Source: an uncultured delta proteobacterium
Lineage (GTDB): Bacteria > Myxococcota_A > Polyangia > Polyangiales > Polyangiaceae
Assembly: GCA_963841435.1 (NCBI GenBank)
Contig: CAWJCS010000006.1
Location: forward strand, 1,760,001 to 1,824,000
Direction of reading: 5' to 3'
DNA: 64,000 nt
Position 1 is the first letter of the stretch, and each line of letters opens with the position of its first letter. Under the pieces are notes generated by a model. The model saw only the letters and a list, made by a program, of their open reading frames with translations, did not search any database and had not been told where the DNA came from. Position numbers and translations under genes: made by a program. Below are positions 56,772-64,000 of this stretch, piece after piece.

Positions 56772-58013
56772 GTGCCCCGCGTCCTGCACATCGAAGACGA
56801 CCCCGCGAATCGGCTGCTCGTTCGGAAGCTGCTTGCTCCGGCCGGATTCGACGTCATCGACGCCGTCGATGGCCTCGAAGGCATCCGCAAGGCGTTGAGC
56901 GAGCATCCGGACCTCGTGCTCGTGGACATCGCGATTCCGGGTCTAGACGGATACGAGGTGACGCTCCGGCTCCGAGCGGAGCCGAGCCTGCGGGGCATGC
57001 CGATCGTCGCCATCACGGCCGAGGGCAACCGGGACGCCAGCCTGGCCGTGGGCTGCGACGGCTACCTCGTCAAACCGATCGACGCGCGGTCATTTGCCGA
57101 GACCGTGCGCGAGTATCTCGACGGGCACCGGGAGCGAGCCGCACCGGAGCAGGCCGGCGAGCAGCTCCGGCTCCAGACCCAGCGCATCGTTTCGCACCTA
57201 GAGCAGAAGGTCGCGGAGCTTCTCGGGGCCAATCGGCGGCTGCTCGAGCTCGACCACGCGAAGAAGGAATTTTACCGGAACATCTCCCACGAGCTCGCGA
57301 CGCCCATGACGCCGATCGTCGGCTACCTGAAGCTCCTCATCGACGGCGAGCTCGGGGAGCTGGCAACCCCCCAGGTCAAGGCCCTACGGGCCATGGACGA
57401 TTGCGTGAGGCGCCTCCGCCGCGTCATCGACAGCCTGCTCGATGTGACGGCCCTGGAGACCGGCAAGATGCGGTTCTCCTATCGTGATTTCGACCTCGGC
57501 GACGTCGTGCGCGACGCCATCGCCCGTCAGCCGGCCTTCGACGACGGCCGCATGCGCCTCGTCGCGGACCTGCCGAAGCGGGGCACGTTGCTCGGCAGCG
57601 CCGACGTGGAACGTCTCGGGCGCGCGCTCGACCAGCTCCTCGACAACGCCACCAAGTTTACCCCCGCAGGCGGGACGGTGGGGGTCAGGGCGCGGCGACT
57701 CGCCTCCGGGCACCTGGAGGTCTGCGTGGCCGACACGGGCCCTGGCATCGCCCCAGACAAGGCGCGGCGGCTGTTCGAGCCCTTCTACCAGGTCGATGGG
57801 TCACCGACGCGTTCGCACGGCGGTACGGGCATTGGCCTTTCGATCGTTCGCGGGGTCGCGCACGGCCATGGCGGCGACGTTCGGTTCGCATCCCCCTCGG
57901 GCGAGGAGATCGTCGGCGTGCCCTTCCCCGGCGCCGCGTTCTACGTGGTCATCCCGGACCGGCCCCCACCCGCTCCGAGCGAGACCTTCACGCGCCGCCC
58001 GACTCCACTCTGA
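56772..58013 (+). CDS. Cytoplasmic hybrid histidine kinase (REC-HisKA-HATPase)
   Basis: REC (HIEDD, VDIAIPGLDG, VKP), ISHELATPM, LLDNATKF, DTGPGI, FEPFYQ, GGTGIGL. Confidence 0.92.
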   Translation: MPRVLHIEDDPANRLLVRKLLAPAGFDVIDAVDGLEGIRKALSEHPDLVLVDIAIPGLDGYEVTLRLRAEPSLRGMPIVAITAEGNRDASLAVGCDGYLVKPIDARSFAETVREYLDGHRERAAPEQAGEQLRLQTQRIVSHLEQKVAELLGANRRLLELDHAKKEFYRNISHELATPMTPIVGYLKLLIDGELGELATPQVKALRAMDDCVRRLRRVIDSLLDVTALETGKMRFSYRDFDLGDVVRDAIARQPAFDDGRMRLVADLPKRGTLLGSADVERLGRALDQLLDNATKFTPAGGTVGVRARRLASGHLEVCVADTGPGIAPDKARRLFEPFYQVDGSPTRSHGGTGIGLSIVRGVAHGHGGDVRFASPSGEEIVGVPFPGAAFYVVIPDRPPPAPSETFTRRPTPL

Positions 58014-58091
58014 TCCACAGGTTGAACGCCGCGCCCACGCCGTGGCCAGCCTCTCGGAAACGTGTGAAAACTTGGCCCTTCGCGCGGCAGG

Positions 58092-58107
58092 AGTTTCACG
58101 GGAAACA
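58092..58107. promoter_or_regulatory. parS-like palindrome
   Basis: AGTTTCACGGGAAACA, 14/16 match to TGTTTCACGTGAAACA, in a convergent intergenic region. Confidence 0.45.
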
Positions 58108-58239
58108 ACAACATATTCACAGTGCTTCGCGCGTTCAGCAGGGAACGTACGTCCTACGCGACAAATGCTCAGAGCTCGTCAGAAGACCACTGGCTGAACG
58201 TACAGCCTGCTGCCTGCCGCGAAATCGCCCGCCCTGCGC

Positions 58240-60879
58240 TCAGCTCACGATGAGATTGAGGATCTTGCCGGGCACGTAGACGACCTTCACCAGGCGCTTG
58301 CCCGAGCTGAACTTGTTGACGTTCTCGTCGGCGAGCGCCGTGCGGACGGCCTCGTCCTGGCTGGCGGTGCGCGAGAGCGTCACGCGGCCGCGCACCTTGC
58401 CGTTGATCTGCACGCCGATCTCCTGCGTGTCGTCCTCGCAAAGCGCCGGGTCGAACGAAGGCCAAGCGACGTTCGCAATCGACGGAGGATGGCCAAGGTG
58501 CTCCCAGAGCTCCTCGCAGAGATGCGGCGCGAAGGGCGAAAGGCAGAGCACGAGCGCCTCGACGCCGCGCTTGGGCGGGGTCTCGAGCGCCATGAGGTGG
58601 TTCGTGAGGATCATCATCGCGCTCACGGCCGTGTTGAGCCGCAAAGCGTCGACGTCCTCGCCGACCTTCTTGATGGTGCGATGGACGAGCTTGTCCGTTT
58701 CGAGGTCCGTGGCGTCCGAATGGGCGCGCATCCCGAGCGTGTGCACCCGATCGAGAAAGCGCCGCACGCCCTGGATCCCGCTCGTTTGCCAGGGTTTCAT
58801 CTGTTCGAGCGGACCCATGAACATCTCGTAGACCCTGAGGCTGTCGGTGCCGTTCTCGGCGATCACCGTGTCCGGATTCACGACGTTGCCGCGCGATTTG
58901 CTCATCTTCTCGCTGACGGGCACGACGCGTACACGGGCGCCGCGGAGCTCGGGCACCCCGCCGACCCATTCGATCTCGGCGTCGTTCGCCCAACGCTGCT
59001 CGACGGGCTCGCCCGAAGCCGTGCGAAGGTCCCCGGTTTCGGTGGCCGAAACGTCGGGGTCGTCCCCCGCGAGCAGCCGAGCACCGTCGGCGCCTTGCAC
59101 CGAGTAGTAGCGGTAGAGAGTGCCGAGGATCGTGCCCTGGTGCACGAGCTTGAGGAACGGCTCGGGGTGCTTGACCACACCGATGTCGAACAAGAACTTG
59201 TGCCAGAAGCGTGCGTAAAGCAGGTGCAAAACGCCATGCTCCGAGCCGCCGACGTACACGTCGACGGGCATCCAGTCGTCGTAGCTCTGCTCGGAGAAGG
59301 GGCGCTCGGCGTTGTGCGGATCCAGGTACCGGAGGTAGTACCAACACGAGCCCGCCCATTGGGGCATCGTGTTGGTCTCGCGCGCGAACCAGCGGCCGTC
59401 GCGCTGGAAAAAACGCCAGGACAGCGCGCGCGCCAACGGGCCCTGCGGGTCGCCGGGGCGGTAGTCTTCGAGCTCGGGCAGGCGCACGGGAAGCTCAGCG
59501 TCAGCCACCGGGAGCGGTTTCGAATAGTCGATGGCGAAGGGCGCACCCTCACGCGGATCGCCGGCCGTTTCGACCGGAAAGTAGATGGGAATCGGCTCGC
59601 CCCAATAGCGCTGGCGGCTGAAGACCCAATCGCGGAGCTTGTAGTTGACCTTCTTCGTGCCGATGCCCTCGCGCTCGAGAAACGCGATCATGTTGCGCTT
59701 CATCTCGCCCGTCTTTTGACCGTCGAACGGACCCGAGCGCACGGCGATGCCGTCGGCCGTGTACGCCTGCGTGGGCCCGTCGTGGAGCTTGCCGTCGGGA
59801 CTCACGACCTCGACGATGGGCAGGTCGAAGCGCTTCGCGAACTCGAAGTCGCGCTCGTCGTGCGCGGGGACGGCCATGATGGCGCCCGTGCCGTACGCCC
59901 CGAGCACGTAGTCGGCCGTAAATATTGGTATTTGCTGGCCATTTAGCGGATTTTTCGCGAGGGCGCCGGTCGGAACGCCGGTCTTCTCGCGGTTCAGCGC
60001 CGTGCGCTCCATGTCGCTCTTTTTTGCCGCCGCCGTCACGTAGGCCTCGACCCGCGCGCGCTCGCTCGGCACGGTGATCTCGAGCGTCAGCGGGTGGTCG
60101 GGCGCGATCACCATGTAGGTCGCGCCAAACAGCGTGTCGGGCCGCGTCGTGAACACCCTGAGCTTGTCGTCGCGACCGACGATCGGAAAGTCGACCTCGG
60201 CGCCCTCGCTGCGACCAATCCAGTCACGCTGCTTTTGGCGTGTTTCGGGCCAATCGAGCCCCTCGAGCTCGTCGGCGAGGCGATCGGCGTAGGCCGTGAT
60301 GCGAAGCTGCCACTGCCGGAGCGGCTGGCGTACGACGGGAAAGCCGCCGACCTCGCTCTTGCCGTCGATGACCTCTTCGTTCGCGAGCACCGTTCCGAGC
60401 TCGGGGCACCAATTGACCGGAATTTCTGCCTGAAACGCGAGCCCATGCTCGAACATCTTGAGGAAGATCCACTGCGTCCAGCGCACGTAGCCGGGGTCGG
60501 TCGTGTTGATCTCGCGCGACCAGTCGTACGCGAAGCCGAGCTCCTTGAGCTGTCGTCGGTAGACGTCGATGTTCGCTTGCGTGGTCTGCTTGGGATGCGC
60601 GCCGGTCCTGATGGCGTGCTGCTCCGCGGGGAGCCCGAAAGCATCCCAGCCCATCGGGTGCAAAACGTCGTAGCCCTGCATCTTGCGCCTGCGGGCCAGG
60701 ATGTCGGTCGCGAGGTAGCCGAGCGGGTGGCCCACGTGCAGGCCCGACCCCGACGGATAGGGGAACATGTCGAGCGCGTAGAGCTTCGGGTGACCCGGGC
60801 GGCGGACGGACTTGAAGGTCGCCTGCTCGTCCCAGTAGCGGCGCCAGCGCTCCTCGATCGCGCGGTGGTCGTAAGCCAT
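58240..60879 (-). CDS. leuS: Leucine--tRNA ligase
   Basis: DMFPYPSG.GLHVGH, MGWDAFGLPAE, WIGRSEG, FTTRPDT, SRQRYWGEP, HLLYARFW, KMSKS. Confidence 0.98.
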   Translation of the reverse strand: MAYDHRAIEERWRRYWDEQATFKSVRRPGHPKLYALDMFPYPSGSGLHVGHPLGYLATDILARRRKMQGYDVLHPMGWDAFGLPAEQHAIRTGAHPKQTTQANIDVYRRQLKELGFAYDWSREINTTDPGYVRWTQWIFLKMFEHGLAFQAEIPVNWCPELGTVLANEEVIDGKSEVGGFPVVRQPLRQWQLRITAYADRLADELEGLDWPETRQKQRDWIGRSEGAEVDFPIVGRDDKLRVFTTRPDTLFGATYMVIAPDHPLTLEITVPSERARVEAYVTAAAKKSDMERTALNREKTGVPTGALAKNPLNGQQIPIFTADYVLGAYGTGAIMAVPAHDERDFEFAKRFDLPIVEVVSPDGKLHDGPTQAYTADGIAVRSGPFDGQKTGEMKRNMIAFLEREGIGTKKVNYKLRDWVFSRQRYWGEPIPIYFPVETAGDPREGAPFAIDYSKPLPVADAELPVRLPELEDYRPGDPQGPLARALSWRFFQRDGRWFARETNTMPQWAGSCWYYLRYLDPHNAERPFSEQSYDDWMPVDVYVGGSEHGVLHLLYARFWHKFLFDIGVVKHPEPFLKLVHQGTILGTLYRYYSVQGADGARLLAGDDPDVSATETGDLRTASGEPVEQRWANDAEIEWVGGVPELRGARVRVVPVSEKMSKSRGNVVNPDTVIAENGTDSLRVYEMFMGPLEQMKPWQTSGIQGVRRFLDRVHTLGMRAHSDATDLETDKLVHRTIKKVGEDVDALRLNTAVSAMMILTNHLMALETPPKRGVEALVLCLSPFAPHLCEELWEHLGHPPSIANVAWPSFDPALCEDDTQEIGVQINGKVRGRVTLSRTASQDEAVRTALADENVNKFSSGKRLVKVVYVPGKILNLIVS

Positions 60880-60938
60880 GGGCCGGGAGATTGGCAGCTT
60901 CGGACCGCGCGCGCCAAGGGCCCGGCGGGGAGGAGGGA

Positions 60939-62156
60939 CTAGCGACCCCCGGGCTCCCGGCCGAGCTTGCGTTCCAGGCGGGCGCGGCGACGGACGAGCG
61001 CCGGCTCCGGCTCACCCGTACCCAGGGCGACGAGATCGAGTGCCCGGCCGGGCTGTTTCACGAAGTGCTCGTAGAGTTTCGCGAGCTCGAGCCGTACGCC
61101 CGGATCGTCCACCTCGCTCGCAAAGGCCTCGAAGTCGGACAGGGCGCGAGCGCGGTCACCACGCGCCTTGGCGATGTCGCCCCGCACGCGGAGAGCGCTC
61201 GGGCCAGCGCCGCGCTCGAGCGCAGTCTCGGCCGCCCTTTCGGCGCCGCCGTAAGCCTTCGCGCGCTTCAGGGTGCGCGCGAGACCGACGAGGTCGTCGG
61301 GGTGGAGCAGGTCGAACGGCTCGCCGTACAGGCCGACCAGAGCGGCCATGCTCACGAGGTCCCACACGTTGTGCTCGACCACGGCTGCGAGCGCCTCCTC
61401 ATCACCCGTGCGAAGGAAATGGGCATATCGCGCGGGGATCTCACCGCCCTCGATGTCCGGACCCCGCTCGAAGCCGAGCACCTCCGACTCCAGCGAGACG
61501 AGCCGGCAGGCACCGAGTCGCGCCTTGTGCAGGCGACGGGCGACGTGCAGGAGGTCGAGGTGCGGGCGCTCCGGCAGCCGTGGCTGCCGCGTCATCACGG
61601 CGCGGCTCGCGAGCAGCGGCAGGTCGAACGCCTTGCCGTTGTAAGTGACGACGAGCTCGCTCTCGGCGAGGCGCTCGGCGACGAACGCCACGAGCGCCGC
61701 TTCGTCCGCGGGATCTCGGAGCAGCACTTGGTCGAGCTCGAGATGCCCCGCTCCGTCGAAGCGCGCGAGGCCGACGAGAAACGCGCTCACGCCGCTGCCG
61801 CCGCCGAGACCCGTCGTTTCGGTGTCGAGGAACAACGCACGGTCGAGGCGGCAATCTTCGAGCCGGGCGTCGAGCGCGAGCAGCGCGATGAGCTCGGCGC
61901 GCGCCGAGGCAGCCGCCTCGACGGGGATGCGCCCCACGTGGTGCGACGGCGCCAGGGCGAGGTGGCGCCGATACAGCGTTCCCTGGGCATTTTCCTCGCG
62001 AACGAAGGGCAAGAGCCCCGCCGTGGGGTCGGCACGCGGTCGCGGTGGCGCGAGCGGTTGCTCGAGAATCGCCGCCATTTTTTCGCGCAGCTCACCGAGC
62101 AGCCGACTGCGGTCGGGCGGCTGCGGGAGCCCGGCGAGCTTCTGCTTCAGGTCCAT
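60939..62156 (-). CDS. YprB/MrfB-like RNase H-fold (DEDDh) exonuclease with TPRs
   Basis: FLDTETTGL, VTYNGKAFDLP, HLDLL..ARR, L..LE..VLG..R..DI.G.EIP..Y, HN.WD; C-terminal ELAKLYEH. Confidence 0.85.
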   Translation of the reverse strand: MDLKQKLAGLPQPPDRSRLLGELREKMAAILEQPLAPPRPRADPTAGLLPFVREENAQGTLYRRHLALAPSHHVGRIPVEAAASARAELIALLALDARLEDCRLDRALFLDTETTGLGGGSGVSAFLVGLARFDGAGHLELDQVLLRDPADEAALVAFVAERLAESELVVTYNGKAFDLPLLASRAVMTRQPRLPERPHLDLLHVARRLHKARLGACRLVSLESEVLGFERGPDIEGGEIPARYAHFLRTGDEEALAAVVEHNVWDLVSMAALVGLYGEPFDLLHPDDLVGLARTLKRAKAYGGAERAAETALERGAGPSALRVRGDIAKARGDRARALSDFEAFASEVDDPGVRLELAKLYEHFVKQPGRALDLVALGTGEPEPALVRRRARLERKLGREPGGR

Positions 62157-63298
62157 GCGAGCGCCACCACGCGCCCCGAGCGGTACGCGACCACGAGCTC
62201 ACGCGACCCCGTGGCGACGAGCGACGCGACATCACCCTCCGGGATGATGATCTCGCCGGCGGCCCCTTCCCTGCCCAGACGCGTCAGCGTGCCCGAGGCG
62301 AACGCTGCGAGGACAGTGCCGTCAGCGAGGCAAGCCATGGGCGCGCCCGCGCCGCCCGCGAGCTCGAGGCGAGCCCCTGGCCGACCCGCCACACTGAGCC
62401 ACTGCAGCCTGCCTTTTTCGACCACGACGAGCTCGGACCCCGTGCAGACGACGCGCTCGATGCCCGGTCGCCGCCAGAGCTCGTCGCTCTGCTCCGGATC
62501 GAAGCGTTCGAGGCCAAAATCGCCGAGGGCGTAGAGCTCCTGCCCGCCGACGAGCGACGCGACCGGCCCCGCGGCCGGCACCGCGCGAACCGTACCTGGA
62601 CCACGTGCGAGCCGCACGATGCCGTCGGCGCCTGCGGCCGCGACGCCACCTCGCGCGAGGGGCACCGGGCCTGCGAGCGGCGGCGGCCCGAGGCGCGAGA
62701 AAGCGACCAGCGCACCGCGCGCCGAGAAGCCGAGCAGCGTTTTACCGAGCGTGGCGATCCAGATGCGCCCGCGTTCGTCGAGCACAGGCGCCGCGCCGAT
62801 GCCACCGACCACGCTGATCGACCAGGCGAGCCCACCCTCTTCATCGACCGCGACGAGCCGATTGGGCGCCGCGGCGGCGACGGTGAGCGCGCCGGGGCCC
62901 GCGAGCGCGCCGCCGACGACGCGACCGGGCAACGTGAAGCTATAGCGGTAGCTCCCATCGGCGCGAAGCGCGTGCAGGTAGCGATCGATCGTGACGACGA
63001 GGACCGAACCGTCCGGCGCGATCGTCGGAGGAGCCGCGAGCGGGGCCCCCGCGTGGAACGACCAGCGCACCTCCGCGCGCTTTTCCTCGGCGCGCTCTCG
63101 CGGCGGCGGACCCGGCTCGGCCACGACCCCTCGCCGGGATGCGACGAGCGCGGCGGTCGACTTCGGCTCGGCGGCAACGCCGGTGGCCGAGGCGGCGAGC
63201 GAAAGGGCGACGAGCAGCGCACTCGGGCGGGGGGCGCGGAGCTCGGCCGGCATGACCACGGCCCATTTGAACGGATGCAAAGCGAAGAGCAAGCTCAC
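62147..63298 (-). CDS. Secreted PQQ-like beta-propeller protein
   Basis: Signal-like segment; repeats such as RWSFHAG.PL.APP.I..DG...V...D..LHAL..DG; start may be 63253. Confidence 0.7.
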   Translation of the reverse strand: MSLLFALHPFKWAVVMPAELRAPRPSALLVALSLAASATGVAAEPKSTAALVASRRGVVAEPGPPPRERAEEKRAEVRWSFHAGAPLAAPPTIAPDGSVLVVTIDRYLHALRADGSYRYSFTLPGRVVGGALAGPGALTVAAAAPNRLVAVDEEGGLAWSISVVGGIGAAPVLDERGRIWIATLGKTLLGFSARGALVAFSRLGPPPLAGPVPLARGGVAAAGADGIVRLARGPGTVRAVPAAGPVASLVGGQELYALGDFGLERFDPEQSDELWRRPGIERVVCTGSELVVVEKGRLQWLSVAGRPGARLELAGGAGAPMACLADGTVLAAFASGTLTRLGREGAAGEIIIPEGDVASLVATGSRELVVAYRSGRVVALAWT

Positions 63299-63783
63299 TC
63301 GCGCATGGCGGCACGCAGGGCCTCGAGGGCCTGAGCGTCGAGCGCGCCGCCGGCGTGGCGGACCACCCCTCGCCGGTCAACCACGAGGGTCGTCGGCACG
63401 CGGTCGCTGCCGAGCGCGTCGGCAAGGTGGAAGCTCTCGTCAACGACCTGGGGGTACCCGAGCGAGCGAGACCGCACGAAATCCCTAACGTCTTCGAGGG
63501 GCTCACCGACCGCCACGCCCACGACGAGCGCCTGGCGCCCGACGCGGCGCTGGAGCCGATCAAGCGCGCCGAGCTCGCGTTCGCACGACTCGCACCAGGT
63601 TGCCCAGAGGGCGATGAGGGCGGGTTTGCCCCGCGTGAGCACGGGAAGCGAGGTCGGCTGGCGATCGAGGCTCAGCACCTCGACGGCGGGCAGGCCCGTG
63701 GTCGCCGCCACGGGCGCCGCCGGAGGCTGTGCCGCGCAACCCGCGAGCACGGCGACGATCAGAAGCGAAACCCGGAAGCCCAT
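63295..63783 (-). CDS. TlpA-family thiol-disulfide oxidoreductase lipoprotein
   Basis: Lipobox LAGC, WATWCESCERE, VPTTLVVDRRG. Confidence 0.88.
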   Translation of the reverse strand: MGFRVSLLIVAVLAGCAAQPPAAPVAATTGLPAVEVLSLDRQPTSLPVLTRGKPALIALWATWCESCERELGALDRLQRRVGRQALVVGVAVGEPLEDVRDFVRSRSLGYPQVVDESFHLADALGSDRVPTTLVVDRRGVVRHAGGALDAQALEALRAAMRE

Positions 63784-64000
63784 GTGAAGACCCGCACGAC
63801 GAGATGGTCCGAGCGCGCGTACCAATCGTAGCCGGCGCTGAGGAAAAGCCCACCGAAGCGCCGCGTGGGCAAGACGAGCTCGGCCTCGCCGCCCAGTGTG
63901 CGCGCCCCAAACGCACCGAGGTCGCTGTCGGCCGTGGCGGTCGTCGCATCGGCGGCCGCCCGGGTAGTGAAGAACGCGACGGCCGTCTGCCGATGAGCCC
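63759..64000 (-). CDS. C-terminal end of an outer-membrane beta-barrel protein, DUF3570-like (partial; not in the ORF track)
   Basis: Hand translation ...HRQTAVAFFTTRAAADATTATADSDLGAFGARTLGGEAEL...AGYDWYARSDHLVVRVFTWASGFRF*; terminal Phe; TlpA neighbour as usual for this family. Confidence 0.55.
   Translation of the reverse strand, partial: AHRQTAVAFFTTRAAADATTATADSDLGAFGARTLGGEAELVLPTRRFGGLFLSAGYDWYARSDHLVVRVFTWASGFRF

Overview
High-GC, gene-dense chromosomal window with the gene content of a myxobacterium (Myxococcota, probably Polyangia/Sorangium-like; inferred from MglA, PilR/pilin, PEGA, giant TPR and Cys-rich lipoprotein genes). No CRISPR array, rRNA, integrase or transposase is evident. 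Housekeeping genes: tRNA-Leu(CAG), pyrC-carA-rimO, argB, RluA-family synthase, pyrF, rlmB-like methyltransferase, cysteine desulfurase, lnt, leuS. Accessory modules: (i) a type IV pilin locus (pilR, three prepilins, a degenerate fourth pilin, a PilG/XapA-like gene) with two GT-C-type membrane glycosyltransferases inside it, one TMTC-like; (ii) an orphan, C-terminally extended MglA; (iii) an ECF sigma/anti-sigma/TPR-lipoprotein triplet followed by a J-protein-DnaK-winged-helix module; (iv) an orphan T3SS ring gene sctJ behind a pseudokinase-GYF-TM-TonB-like gene; (v) a glycogen synthase homologue with degenerate catalytic motifs. Window-wide patterns: all ten gene-breaking frameshifts are +1 and each is repaired by removing one A from GA[A]C or GA[A]T; about a dozen first-in-operon genes have a TAnnnT box 6-11 nt before the start codon (leaderless signature); and a parS-like palindrome with DnaA-box-like motifs lies at about 58.0-58.1 kb. 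All family calls are by motif recognition, not database searches.
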